A stretch of DNA of 64,000 nucleotides from Dehalococcoidia bacterium (GTDB lineage: Bacteria > Chloroflexota > Dehalococcoidia > UBA2979). Under the pieces are notes generated by a model. That model was not told where the DNA came from. It ran no database searches and saw only the letters and a program-made list of their open reading frames with translations. Position 1 is the stretch's first letter. Every line of letters begins with the position of its first letter. Where the stretch lies: assembly GCA_020845735.1 (NCBI GenBank), contig JADLFF010000037.1, positions 2,615 to 66,614 of the forward strand, in the 5' to 3' direction. Shown here one piece after another: positions 1 through 9,783 of the stretch. A program made the translations under genes and the position numbers.

Positions 1-2748
1 GAGGCACGCGCGCGCGTCGACATCGACAAGTCGCTGGAAGCCGCCGGCTGGGCTGTTCAGTCGCGTCGCGACATGAACCTCTTCGCGGGGCGGGGCGTGG
101 CTGTTCGCGAGTTCACGATGCAGGCCGGGCACGGGCGGGCCGACTACCTGCTCTTCGTGGATCGCGAGGTGGTCGGGACCATTGAGGCGAAGCCGGCCGG
201 GACCACACTCACGGGTGTCGAAGAGCAGTCGGCCAAGTACGGCACCGGGCTTCCCGACGGGATGCGCTCGCGCTTCGAGCGGCTGCCGTTCATCTACGAG
301 TCAACCGGCGTTGAGACGCGGTTCACGAATGGGCTCGAGCCTGAGCCCCGCTCGCGTCGGATGTTCTCGTTCCACCGTCCCGAGACCCTCGCACAGTGGG
401 TCGCTGAGACCGAGACGTATCCCGAGGCGCCGACGCTGCGCCACCGGCTGCGCGAACTCCCCACCCTCGACGAACGGGGCCTCTGGCCGTCCCAGGCCAT
501 GGCGGTGCGGAACCTGGAGCGATCGCTCGCCGACAACCGACCGCGAGCTCTCATTCAGATGGCGACAGGCTCGGGCAAGACGTTCACGGCCGCAAACATC
601 GCCTACCGCCTGATCAAGCACGCCCGCGCGACGCGCATCCTGTTCCTCGTTGACCGTGGGAACCTAGGTAGGCAAACGCTGAAGGAGTTCCAGCAGTTCT
701 CGACGCCCGACGACGGGCGTAAGTTCACCGAGCTCTACAACGTCCAGCACCTCACCTCGAACCAGTTCGACCCCGTTGCCAAGGTGACGATCTCGACCAT
801 TCAGCGCCTGTACTCGATGCTGCGTGGCGAGGAGCTCGAGGAGGTCGAGGACGAGAAGTCGGCATTCGAAATCGAGCCGGCCCGCCCCGTGGAGGTGGCC
901 TACAACCCCGATGTGCCCATCGAGGCGTTCGACTTCGTCGTCGTGGACGAGTGCCACCGCTCCATCTACGGGCTCTGGCGGCAGGTGCTCGAGTACTTCG
1001 ATGCCCACCTCATCGGGCTGACGGCGACGCCCTCGATGCAGACGTTCGGCTTCTTCAACCAGAACCTCGTGATGCAGTACGACCACGCGCAGGCGGTCGC
1101 CGACGGCGTGAACGTGGACTTCGACGTCTATCGCATCAACACGCGGATTACCGAGCAGGGCTCAAGGGTGGCGGCAGGCGAATATGTGGGGTTCCGAGAG
1201 CGTGCCACGCGTCGCGAGCGCTGGGAGCAGCTCGACGAGCCGCTCCAGTACGACGCCTCGGCCCTCGACCGTGCCGTGCTGGCGAAGGACCAGATTCGGA
1301 CGGTCATCCAGACGTTCCGTGACCGCCTCTTCACCGAGATCTTCGCCGGGCGCACCGAGGTGCCGAAGACCCTCATCTTCGCGAAGGACGACTCCCACGC
1401 CGATGACATCGTCCAGGTCGTGCGGGAGGAGTTCGGGCGCGGCAACGAGTTCGCACAGAAGATCACCTACCGCACGACCGAGGCGAAGCCCGAGGACCTC
1501 CTCGCGGCGTTCCGGAACTCATTCAACCCGCGCATCGTGGTCACTGTGGACATGATCGCAACGGGCACCGACATCAAGCCGCTCGAGTGCGTCTTCTTCA
1601 TGCGCGCGACGAAGTCGCGGACCTTCTTCGAGCAGATGAAGGGCCGCGGGGTGCGCGTCATCAACGACGCCGACTTCCAGGCCGTCACGCCCGACGCCGA
1701 GTCCAAGACGCACTTCGTCATCGTCGACGCGGTGGGCGTGACCGAGTCGCCCCTGAACGACACGCAGCCGCTCGAGCGCGCTCGGACCATCTCGCTGCAA
1801 AGTCTGCTCAACAGTGTCGCGGCCGGCCAGCTGACGACCGACATCGTGTCCTCGCTGGCATCGCGGCTGGCGAGGCTGGAGCGACAGTTGCCTCGGGAGG
1901 AACGCCAGGAGATCGAGGCGCTCGCCGGCGTCCCGCTCGGCGTGCTCACGCATCTGATGGTGGACTCGGTCGACCCCGACCGCCAGCTCGAGGTCGCTCG
2001 CGAGACGACTGGCAAAGTGGACCCCAGCGAGAAGGAGCTCGCCGCCGCAGCGCGGGCTCTCATGGAGGACGCGACACTTCCGCTGGCTGCGTATCCCGAA
2101 CTGCGGAGGCGCATCGTCGACGTGCGGCGGTCGCTCGAGCAGACCATCGATGAGGTCTCGAAGGACGAGGTGCTGTTCGCCGGCCCCGTCGGCCACGAGC
2201 GGGCGCGCCAGTATGTCGAGGGGTTCCGCGACTTCATTCGGGAGCACCGGGACGAGATCACGGCGCTGCAGCTGCTCTACAACGTGCCATGGAGGCAGCG
2301 CCCGACGTTCGCCGAGATACGCGAGCTCGCGCGCGCCATCGAACGTACGCCCGAGCGCTGGACGCCCGAGGGGCTGTGGCACGCCTTCGAGGCCCTCGAC
2401 CGCTCCAAGGTGCACGGCTCGACGCGGCGGGTACTGACCGACCTGGTCTCGATCGTGCGGTACGCGCTCGACCTGTCACCCGACCTCGTGGCGTACCCCG
2501 ACCTCGTGAACGAGCGCTTCGAGGGTTGGCTGGCCCAGCAGCAGCAGGCTGGACGTGACTTCAACGACGAGCAGCTGCGCTGGCTAGCGATGGTCCGGGA
2601 CCACATCGCGGCGTCGCTGGCGATCACGGCGGATGACTTCCAGTACACGCCGTTTTCGACGCACGGCGGTCTCGGGCGGGCGGCGCAGCTCTTCGGCGGT
2701 GAACTCGGCGGTCTGCTCGAGGAGCTGAACTCGGAGCTCGTGGCGTGA
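1..2748 (+). CDS. hsdR: Type I restriction enzyme R subunit (HsdR), 5'-partial; frame open back to nt 1
   Basis: Track ORF 73..2748. In-frame upstream residues IDKSLEAAGW continue a conserved HsdR N-terminal segment, so the gene starts outside the window. Seen motifs: GRADYLLFVD..VGTIEAK (HsdR_N nuclease-like), MATGSGKTFTA (helicase motif I), VVVDECHRS (DEAH box). Confidence 0.9.
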   Translation, partial: EARARVDIDKSLEAAGWAVQSRRDMNLFAGRGVAVREFTMQAGHGRADYLLFVDREVVGTIEAKPAGTTLTGVEEQSAKYGTGLPDGMRSRFERLPFIYESTGVETRFTNGLEPEPRSRRMFSFHRPETLAQWVAETETYPEAPTLRHRLRELPTLDERGLWPSQAMAVRNLERSLADNRPRALIQMATGSGKTFTAANIAYRLIKHARATRILFLVDRGNLGRQTLKEFQQFSTPDDGRKFTELYNVQHLTSNQFDPVAKVTISTIQRLYSMLRGEELEEVEDEKSAFEIEPARPVEVAYNPDVPIEAFDFVVVDECHRSIYGLWRQVLEYFDAHLIGLTATPSMQTFGFFNQNLVMQYDHAQAVADGVNVDFDVYRINTRITEQGSRVAAGEYVGFRERATRRERWEQLDEPLQYDASALDRAVLAKDQIRTVIQTFRDRLFTEIFAGRTEVPKTLIFAKDDSHADDIVQVVREEFGRGNEFAQKITYRTTEAKPEDLLAAFRNSFNPRIVVTVDMIATGTDIKPLECVFFMRATKSRTFFEQMKGRGVRVINDADFQAVTPDAESKTHFVIVDAVGVTESPLNDTQPLERARTISLQSLLNSVAAGQLTTDIVSSLASRLARLERQLPREERQEIEALAGVPLGVLTHLMVDSVDPDRQLEVARETTGKVDPSEKELAAAARALMEDATLPLAAYPELRRRIVDVRRSLEQTIDEVSKDEVLFAGPVGHERARQYVEGFRDFIREHRDEITALQLLYNVPWRQRPTFAEIRELARAIERTPERWTPEGLWHAFEALDRSKVHGSTRRVLTDLVSIVRYALDLSPDLVAYPDLVNERFEGWLAQQQQAGRDFNDEQLRWLAMVRDHIAASLAITADDFQYTPFSTHGGLGRAAQLFGGELGGLLEELNSELVA

Positions 2749-4184
2749 CGAAGGTGCCGGAGGGATGGGCCGAGACGACGATTGGTGATGTGGCTCGCTT
2801 CGAGCGATGTGTTACGTACAAGAAGGCTCAGGCACGCACTGAACCTGAAGGCGGCTACCTTCCGCTCCTCCGAGCAACGAATATTGACCACGGCGAACTG
2901 CTCCTCGACGAGGAGATGGTCTACGTCCCGGCGAGCGTTGTCAGTGCCGAGCAACGTCTCCGACCTGGAGACACTGTAATCGCGACATCGAGCGGGAGCG
3001 CGAGAGTCGTTGGGAAGTCAGCAAGGCTCACGATGCGTTGGGAGGGGACCTTCGGCGCTTTCTGTGGCGTTCTCCGCGCGGAATCCGTCGAGTCCTCCTA
3101 TCTCGGCTATTTCGTGCAGTCGGAGTCAGTGCGGACAACGTGGTCGGCCGCGGCCGGCGGAACGAACATCAACAATCTCAAACGCAGCGACATCGAGACC
3201 ACGCGCCTTCTCCTCCCGCCGGTACCCGAGCAGCATCGCATCGTGGCGGCCATCGAGGAGCAGTTCTCTCGCCTCGATGCTGGCGTGGCCTCCCTGCAGC
3301 GGGCGAAGCGCAACCTGCAGCGCATGCGCGCCTCGGTGCTGACGGTGGCCGTCGAGGGAAGGCTGGTCGAACCGGATGCAGATCCCGGTGCAGCGGCGGC
3401 GTTCATCGAAGCGATCCGCGGGGAACGCGCAGCTCGACCTCCGTCGCGCCGTCCTCCAGCTGCCACGACCGAAGACGACGACGCTGCTGCCCCCCCTGCA
3501 GGCTGGACGAGCGCAGCGTTGAGTGACCTGTCTGCCGTGGAGCCCCACGCGATCACTGACGGCCCGTTCGGCTCGAACCTAAAGACCGAGCATTACACCG
3601 AGAGTGGCCCGCGTGTGATTCGCCTGCAGAACATCGGGGACGGACGATTCGTCGATGACGAGGCGCACATCTCGCTGGAACACTTTCAGCGCCTGAGCGC
3701 GCACAACGTCGAAGCCGGAGACCTTCTCATCGCGCTACTCGGGAGCGAGTTGCCCCGATGCTGTCTGGTACCGCCGCACGTGCCACCCGCAATCGTCAAG
3801 GCGGATTGCGTCCGCTTCCGAATTCATCCAAGAGTGAACGGACGCTTCCTGAATCTGTTTCTGAACTCCCCACCCCTGCGGCGACGGGTGTCATCACGTC
3901 TTCACGGTGTGGGTCGCCCGCGTCTCAATTTGGGGGAGATTCGCTCGATCCAGATTCCTGTGCCGTCCGCGGCTGAACAGCAACGAATCGTTGAAGAAGT
4001 CGATCGCCAGTTCTCGGTCCTCGAGGCGATGGAAACTGCCCTTAACAGCGGGCTGGCACGCGCGGAAGGTCTGCGCCAGGCAATCTTGCGCGAGGCGTTT
4101 GCCGGACGACTCGTACCGCAGGACCCGTCCGACGAGCCTGCGTCGGCACTCCTCAAGAGCATTGGCAAGGAGGTCACCGAGTGA
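2745..4184 (+). CDS. hsdS: Type I R-M specificity subunit (HsdS)
   Basis: 479 aa. Two target-recognition-like halves separated by a conserved central helix (LQRAKRNLQRMRASVL) and a C-terminal LRQAILREAF helix, typical of HsdS. ATGA overlaps with both neighbours. Confidence 0.85.
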   Translation: MTKVPEGWAETTIGDVARFERCVTYKKAQARTEPEGGYLPLLRATNIDHGELLLDEEMVYVPASVVSAEQRLRPGDTVIATSSGSARVVGKSARLTMRWEGTFGAFCGVLRAESVESSYLGYFVQSESVRTTWSAAAGGTNINNLKRSDIETTRLLLPPVPEQHRIVAAIEEQFSRLDAGVASLQRAKRNLQRMRASVLTVAVEGRLVEPDADPGAAAAFIEAIRGERAARPPSRRPPAATTEDDDAAAPPAGWTSAALSDLSAVEPHAITDGPFGSNLKTEHYTESGPRVIRLQNIGDGRFVDDEAHISLEHFQRLSAHNVEAGDLLIALLGSELPRCCLVPPHVPPAIVKADCVRFRIHPRVNGRFLNLFLNSPPLRRRVSSRLHGVGRPRLNLGEIRSIQIPVPSAAEQQRIVEEVDRQFSVLEAMETALNSGLARAEGLRQAILREAFAGRLVPQDPSDEPASALLKSIGKEVTE

Positions 4185-5662
4185 GTGATGCACGGGCCCT
4201 CGTTGCCAAGCTCTGGAACTACTGTCAGATTCTCCGGGACGACGGGCTGTCCTACGGTGACTACGTCGAGCAGCTCACGTACCTGCTTTTCCTCAAGATG
4301 GCCGACGAGCAGGCGAGGCCGCCGTTCAACCGGCCTCGAATCGTGCCCGAAGGCCTCGACTGGCCCTCCCTCCTTGATCGTGAGGGCGAGGAGCTCGAGG
4401 CGCACTACCTCAAGGTCCTCAATGACCTCGGCCGCGAGCCAGGGATGCTCGGCGTCGTCTTCCGCAAGGCACAGAACCGCATCCAGGACCCTGCGAAGCT
4501 CCGCCGCCTCGTGAGCGACCTCATCGAGAACGAGCAGTGGATGATCCTCGACGCAGACGTGAAGGGCGACCTCTACGAGGGGCTGCTCCAGAAGAACGCC
4601 GAGGATGTGAAGAGCGGCGCCGGCCAGTACTTCACCCCGCGCCCCCTCATCAAGGCGATCGTCGAGGTGATGCGGCCCGGCCCTGCCGAGACCATTAACG
4701 ACCCCGCCTGCGGCACGGGCGGGTTCCTCATCGCCGCCCACGAGTTCATCTCGCGTGACCCCAATCTCGACCCTGACCAGAAGCAGCACCTCCAGTCCGG
4801 TGCCCTGAGCGGTACCGAGATCGTGGACAACACAGCGCGCCTCTGCGTGATGAATCTGCTGCTGCACGGCATCGGACGGCCCAACGGCGTCAGTCCGATC
4901 GACGGGGGCACGGATTCTCTCGCCGCCGATCCGGGCAAGCGCTACTCGATGGTGCTCACGAATCCGCCGTTCGGGAAGAAGTCATCGGTCACGGTCATCG
5001 GCGCTGACGGCGAGGCCGTCCGCGAGTCGCTCACGGTCGTGCGCGAGGACTTCTGGGCAAGCACGTCGAACAAGCAGCTGAACTTCATGCAGCACGTCAA
5101 GACCCTCCTCGAGATCCACGGTCGCGCTGCTGTGGTCGTCCCAGACAACGTGCTCTTTGAGGGCGGCGCCGGCGAGACTGTGCGCCGACGCCTGCTCCAC
5201 GAGTGTGACGTGCACACGCTGCTTCGCCTCCCGACGGGCGTCTTCTACGCCCAGGGCGTCAAGGCGAACGTGCTGTTCTTCGACCGCAAGCCCGCCTCCG
5301 AACGGCCATGGACCCAGGAACTGTGGGTCTACGACCTGCGCACCAACCAGCACTTCACGCTCAAGCAGAACCCGCTCACCCTCGAGCACCTGCGCGGCTT
5401 CATCGAGGCGTTCAACCCCGATAACCGTCACACCCGCAGCGAGTCCGAGCGCTTCCACCGCTTCACGTACGACGAGCTCATCGCGCGCGACAAGGCGAAC
5501 CTCGACATCTTCTGGCTGCGCGACGAGTCCCTGGAGGACGCGAGCACCCTCCCGACCCCCGAGGTCATCGCCGCCGAAATCGCCGAGGACCTCGAGGCAG
5601 CGCTCGCAGAGTTCGCGGAGATCGCGACATCCCTCGCAGAGCGCGATACGGCGGCCAGCTAG
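4181..5662 (+). CDS. hsdM: Type I R-M N6-adenine DNA methyltransferase subunit (HsdM)
   Basis: N-terminal HsdM_N-like region (DYVEQLTYLLFLKM). SAM-binding DPACGTGGFL and catalytic NPPFGKK motifs. Coupled to hsdS by a GTGA/ATGA overlap. Confidence 0.9.
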   Translation: MSDARALVAKLWNYCQILRDDGLSYGDYVEQLTYLLFLKMADEQARPPFNRPRIVPEGLDWPSLLDREGEELEAHYLKVLNDLGREPGMLGVVFRKAQNRIQDPAKLRRLVSDLIENEQWMILDADVKGDLYEGLLQKNAEDVKSGAGQYFTPRPLIKAIVEVMRPGPAETINDPACGTGGFLIAAHEFISRDPNLDPDQKQHLQSGALSGTEIVDNTARLCVMNLLLHGIGRPNGVSPIDGGTDSLAADPGKRYSMVLTNPPFGKKSSVTVIGADGEAVRESLTVVREDFWASTSNKQLNFMQHVKTLLEIHGRAAVVVPDNVLFEGGAGETVRRRLLHECDVHTLLRLPTGVFYAQGVKANVLFFDRKPASERPWTQELWVYDLRTNQHFTLKQNPLTLEHLRGFIEAFNPDNRHTRSESERFHRFTYDELIARDKANLDIFWLRDESLEDASTLPTPEVIAAEIAEDLEAALAEFAEIATSLAERDTAAS

Positions 5663-5692
5663 CCAAGTTCCCACCCCAAGGACTCAGCGGCC

Positions 5693-6799
5693 CTAGTACT
5701 TTGCGAGTCGCTCTAACGTTCGTCGGTACCTGTTGATGAACTCCGGAATCGCCTCGTCGCCGTTGTAGAACGCCAGGGAATCTACGCCGTCCCTTTCGGC
5801 GAGGTGTAATTCGCCGCGAATCCAGCGCACAACTGTCCGATCGAGCTCATCGCCATCGTTTCTCGCTCCGGCGACAGCTAGGTACTGGCCTCGTCTAATC
5901 GCGATGCTGTTCCCGGCGCGTTGCTCGAACGAACACCCATGCTCAGCGAGGACCCGGCGCAAGTCGCGCCACCGTATTCGGCGCTCTTCCCTTCTGATTG
6001 GCCGGCTGTGCCGGAGAATCCAGCGCGCAGATGCGAGCATCTCGGCGTCGCCCAGTGTGCTGTCTGCGATGTCGTGTTGTGCGAGAGCGAATGCGTGATC
6101 GAACAGATCGTCCTCTTCGGCGATCAAAACGTGATCATTCATGTCCAGGAACACGAGCAGTGACACAATGGCCGTCCGCTTGTTTCCGTTGACGAACGGG
6201 TGATCTTGGATCAGGGCGCCCAATAGCGCCGCCCCGGCCATCGGTGTCGTCGGGTACTTAAGGAGGCCACCCAGGGATGTGTGCGGCCGGCCAACCGCCG
6301 ACTCGAGGAGCTCGCCCCGATCCCGGGTTCCAGCGGGCTCGATAGGATCGGCACTACGTGCGAAATCCTCAACCAACTTGAAGTGAATACCTAGGACGGT
6401 GGCGGCGTCCATGTAGACGAGGTCGGTCGCGACTTGCCCGACGACTTCGACCGGGTCGCGCTCGACGCCGTCGCGGGGCTTTGGTGGAGAAACCACCGTC
6501 GACGGGATCGGACCAGAAGCGGAAGCAACCTCGGGGCGGTTGCGGTCGAGGCCTGCGTCGCCGCGGAGTCCCAGGGCGATTTCGGCTCGCACGATGGCGC
6601 TCCGCGCGATGAGGTTGTCTGGGGAGGCAGCCGGAACGCCGGCCTGTGTCAGCCGCCACAAGGCCTCGTCTATCCCCATCCCAGCGCGCGCAGCGAAGTG
6701 TCGAATTCTCCGGCCGGAAGACATTGCCCTAGAGTACTTCAGAATCGCCGATTGCTCGTGCCGGATGCGACCGTAAGAGGAGGGCGTCCGGCCAGCCAC
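5693..6799 (-). CDS. Fic/Doc family protein (Doc-type motif) with N- and C-terminal extensions
   Basis: Central HPFVNGNKRTA matches the Doc subfamily Fic motif HxFx(D/N)GNKR. Flanking IGRPHTSLGG...AALLGALIQ resembles the Doc core. 368 aa versus about 126 aa for Doc. GC visibly lower than surroundings. Confidence 0.7.
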   Translation of the reverse strand: MAGRTPSSYGRIRHEQSAILKYSRAMSSGRRIRHFAARAGMGIDEALWRLTQAGVPAASPDNLIARSAIVRAEIALGLRGDAGLDRNRPEVASASGPIPSTVVSPPKPRDGVERDPVEVVGQVATDLVYMDAATVLGIHFKLVEDFARSADPIEPAGTRDRGELLESAVGRPHTSLGGLLKYPTTPMAGAALLGALIQDHPFVNGNKRTAIVSLLVFLDMNDHVLIAEEDDLFDHAFALAQHDIADSTLGDAEMLASARWILRHSRPIRREERRIRWRDLRRVLAEHGCSFEQRAGNSIAIRRGQYLAVAGARNDGDELDRTVVRWIRGELHLAERDGVDSLAFYNGDEAIPEFINRYRRTLERLAKY

Positions 6800-6808
6800 G
6801 ATCAGCAG

Positions 6809-7102
6809 TTAGCCGACGCGGGACATCGCCAGGGGTTTGTAGTCGGCCGCCAGCAGGACCTCGTCGGTGTCCGGGATCGGAAGACCCATCCCGAACGCCA
6901 GGAGCAGGATGAGCGCGTCACGGCTCGGCCGTGTGCGCTCCCCTGAAAACAGCCGCGACACGTAGCTCTCGTCGAGCCAGGCATCACGGGCGATCTCTGC
7001 CTGCGACTTGTTGCATCGCTCCCGGTACCCCTGCAACGCCACAGTGAGTGGGTTAAAGGGAGCGGCGGAGTGCATGCTTCGGTAGATCACAGTCGCCTCC
7101 AT
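6809..7102 (-). CDS. XRE-family helix-turn-helix protein (putative antitoxin/regulator of the Fic/Doc gene)
   Basis: CNKSQAEIARDAWLDESYVSRLFSGERTRPSRDALILLLAFGM is an HTH_XRE-like helix-turn-helix. Ends 10 nt upstream of the Fic/Doc start on the same strand. Confidence 0.6.
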   Translation of the reverse strand: MEATVIYRSMHSAAPFNPLTVALQGYRERCNKSQAEIARDAWLDESYVSRLFSGERTRPSRDALILLLAFGMGLPIPDTDEVLLAADYKPLAMSRVG

Positions 7103-7409
7103 TCTTCGAATCTTCGATGAAGGCTGACCGGACCACCGCGACTACGTCGCCCTCCTCTCGCTGCACACGATATCTCCGATCGTCCGGCGGACATGTGACC
7201 CGCGGGCAACTCGCGATCTTGCCCGCGCGGCCGGGACGCGCGACGAGTCGCGCTCTAGCGTCGCAGGTGCTGCGGGAGGGCTGGACACGAGCGGGCCGCC
7301 AGCCTCGGGACGGGACCGGCGGGTCAGGGCAGTGCCAGTCGGATCGTCGCAAGCGTCGTGCTGTGCTCCTCGGCGAACTGACCCTCTCGCAGCGCCAGAG
7401 TCCCTGCTA

Positions 7410-7439
7410 TTGAAATGCGTATACCACTTATCATATAAT
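7410..7439 (+). promoter_or_regulatory. Near-consensus sigma70-type promoter TTGAAA-N18-TATAAT (leaderless transcript predicted)
   Basis: TTGAAA at 7410–7415 and TATAAT at 7434–7439, in an AT-rich island inside 70%-GC DNA. The -10 box overlaps the first ATG (7438); the second in-frame ATG (7453) lies about 7–8 nt past the predicted transcription start. Confidence 0.45.
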
Positions 7440-7452
7440 GGCGAGGTCGAGC

Positions 7453-8337
7453 ATGAAGTCCATCGCCATCACCCAACACAATTCAGCCCTCTCGATCACG
7501 CCGGCTGACGACTACATCCTGAAAGTCCTGCTGCGGTTCCGCTATCTGGCGGCCCGCCAGGTCTGCGCATTGCGCTACTCGGCGGGCTCGCTCACGCGCG
7601 TTCAGGCCATCCTCAAGCGGCTCACCGACTCCGGATACCTGCAGCGCATCTGGTTGCCGCGGCGCACACCGCGCGGGAGCGCGCCATCCGTCTACACGCT
7701 CGCACGCAAGGGCCTCAACTACCTGCGCGCCCAGGGGATTGACGTGCCGGCGCGCTACCACCCATCGGAACAGCGCGAGCGTACGTACCTCTTCCTTGCC
7801 CACACCCTCGCGGTGAACGATGTGCTCATCGCTGCCGAGCTCTTCTGCCGGCGGGAGCCGCGCTACGCGCTCGCCGCGAGTGTGCCTGAGCATCTGCTCA
7901 AACGCAGTCCAGCGCGGGTAGAGGACGAGGCCGGGCGCCCGATCACGGTCATCCCCGACGGCTGGATCGACCTTCGCGTTGACGGCGCCTACCAGATTTG
8001 CCTCGTCCTCGAGCTCGACCGTGGCACTGAAGAACAGAAGGCGTGGCGGAGGAAGGTGCGCGGCCTCCTCGCGTACGCCAACGGCCCCTACCAGGAGGCG
8101 TTTCAGACGCGGTCGCTGACGATCGCGGTCGTCACCACGGACGGGCCGCGCCGGCTCCTCGACCTCTTGCGCTGGACGGAACGGGAGTTGACCGCGGTGC
8201 GGGAGCAGGAGCGGGGCGACCTCTTCATCTTCACGGAGATCGTGCCCGAGGCGATCTTCCCGCATGTGCTGTTCACGAGCCCAATCTGGTACCGACCGTT
8301 CGCGAGCGACGAGATCGCGCTGGTCGACCTCCAATAG
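7453..8337 (+). CDS. Replication-relaxation family protein (plasmid/conjugative-element wHTH protein)
   Basis: N-terminal winged-helix-like region (LKVLLRFRYLAARQVCAL...LKRLTDSGYLQR) and a C-terminal region typical of Replic_Relax proteins. Track start is 7438; ATG 7453 is preferred because of the promoter geometry. Confidence 0.55.
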   Translation: MKSIAITQHNSALSITPADDYILKVLLRFRYLAARQVCALRYSAGSLTRVQAILKRLTDSGYLQRIWLPRRTPRGSAPSVYTLARKGLNYLRAQGIDVPARYHPSEQRERTYLFLAHTLAVNDVLIAAELFCRREPRYALAASVPEHLLKRSPARVEDEAGRPITVIPDGWIDLRVDGAYQICLVLELDRGTEEQKAWRRKVRGLLAYANGPYQEAFQTRSLTIAVVTTDGPRRLLDLLRWTERELTAVREQERGDLFIFTEIVPEAIFPHVLFTSPIWYRPFASDEIALVDLQ

Positions 8338-8341
8338 TCCT

Positions 8342-9775
8342 ATGCAACTGCCCTGGCGGCATCGCGGCCCGAGGCTCGACCTCGGGACGCACGGCGCCGC
8401 CTTCTTTCCACGCACGCTCGCGCTCGGCGCGGAGCACGTCGCGGCGCACAAGCACGTGATCGGACTGACCGGCCAGGGGAAGAGCAAGTTCCTCGCGAGT
8501 ATGTTCGTGCAGCTCGTGCGGCAGGGTGTCGGCTGCACGCTCATCGACCCGCACGCGGACCTCGCCACCGACATCCTGGCGCTGCTGCACGACGACGGAC
8601 TGTTCTCAAGGTCGACCTTTGCTGATCGACTGCTGTACGTCGACTTCGCCCGCCGTGACCGCTTCCTGCCATTCAACGTCCTGAGCCAGCCGTACGACGA
8701 CCACACCGCGGCGCGCAACGTGGTCGAGGCCTGTAAGCGTGCCTGGCCGGCGCTCGCCGACGGTTCGGCGCCCCAGTTCGAGAACATCCTCCTCGCGGGC
8801 GCGCTCGTGCTGATTCAAAACCAGCTTCCATTGACGGCGCTGCCGCGACTCCTCACGGACAAGCTGCATCGCGACTCGCTGCTCGAGCGCGTCTCCGACG
8901 AGGCGGTGGTGGACTTCTTCCGCGGGCGGTTCGATCACTGGGGGCGCGACGCACCGCTAATGATCGAGTCGACGCTGCGCCGGGTCTTCCTCCTGTCCTT
9001 CAGTCCCTCGCTTCGCCACTCGCTCGGGCAGCGCGAGAACGCGCTCAACTTCCGCGCGCTGATGGACCAGGGGGTGAGCGTCATCTTCAACCTCGGTGGC
9101 CTCGACGAGGACACTCAGCGCCTGCTGGGGTCGCTCGTGACGGTCGGCTACGAAGTGGCCGCGCTCTCGCGTGCCGACACGCCGCTGGCGCAGCGCCGCC
9201 CCCACCACCTGTTCATCGACGAGTTCTCGCAGTTTTCGGCACAGAGCGAAGAGGCGTTCGCGCGCGTCCTCTCGCTCGCCCGCAAGTACGGCCTGTTCCT
9301 CACGCTCGCTCACCAGACCTGGTCACAGGTGAATCGTCGCCTGCAGGGGGCGCTGCAGAACGCCGTCGAGGTGGCGTTCAAGCTCGGGCGCAGCGACGCC
9401 GAGTGGGCGGCTCCCCGCTTCGGCCGCTTCGACCCGTACGCGTTGAAGCACGAGGTCGCGGACCCGGCGCACGTCGAGCGCACACACCCCGTGTACTTCA
9501 ACGTCCAGGAGACGTTCGAGGGGTGGACGCAGGCTCTCACCGACCTCGCTCCGCGCGAGGCGTTCGTGCGTGTCGGCAACGAGACGACGCGATTCCGGTC
9601 GCGCGCCGTCCCCACTCCACGCTGCGGAGCGGAGGAACTGCGGAGCTTGACTGACGCCTATGCCCGACGCCTGCTGCGGCCCGCACCCCTTGCGCCTGGC
9701 GCTCCAGCTCGCCGGCCGAGCGAGACCCGCGCGGCGTTCCGACGCGTCGTCCTCCGACCGGAACCGGGCGTCTGA
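8342..9775 (+). CDS. TrwB/TraD-like (type IV coupling protein-like) AAA ATPase, soluble, paralog 1
   Basis: Walker A HKHVIGLTGQGKSKF followed by LIDPHADL (compare TrwB GATGTGKS...VDPNGDM). Walker B-like HHLFIDEFSQF then ARKYGLFLTLAHQ. No N-terminal TM segment. Track start 8264 overlaps the upstream gene; in-frame ATG 8342 is preferred. Confidence 0.65.
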   Translation: MQLPWRHRGPRLDLGTHGAAFFPRTLALGAEHVAAHKHVIGLTGQGKSKFLASMFVQLVRQGVGCTLIDPHADLATDILALLHDDGLFSRSTFADRLLYVDFARRDRFLPFNVLSQPYDDHTAARNVVEACKRAWPALADGSAPQFENILLAGALVLIQNQLPLTALPRLLTDKLHRDSLLERVSDEAVVDFFRGRFDHWGRDAPLMIESTLRRVFLLSFSPSLRHSLGQRENALNFRALMDQGVSVIFNLGGLDEDTQRLLGSLVTVGYEVAALSRADTPLAQRRPHHLFIDEFSQFSAQSEEAFARVLSLARKYGLFLTLAHQTWSQVNRRLQGALQNAVEVAFKLGRSDAEWAAPRFGRFDPYALKHEVADPAHVERTHPVYFNVQETFEGWTQALTDLAPREAFVRVGNETTRFRSRAVPTPRCGAEELRSLTDAYARRLLRPAPLAPGAPARRPSETRAAFRRVVLRPEPGV

Positions 9776-9783
9776 TGGTGCCC

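Noticed and set aside
1519-2415. Long minus-strand ORFs (298 aa and 264 aa) inside hsdR, and similar antisense ORFs inside hsdS/hsdM (for example 3902..4867)
   Set aside because: They lie opposite strongly supported genes. They are Arg/Ala/Pro-rich low-complexity translations typical of GC-rich shadow frames.
8264-8341. Track start 8264 for the first T4CP-like gene
   Set aside because: It would overlap the preceding gene by 74 nt and encode Arg/Ser-rich residues. The in-frame ATG at 8342 gives a 4-nt gap and a sensible N-terminus.
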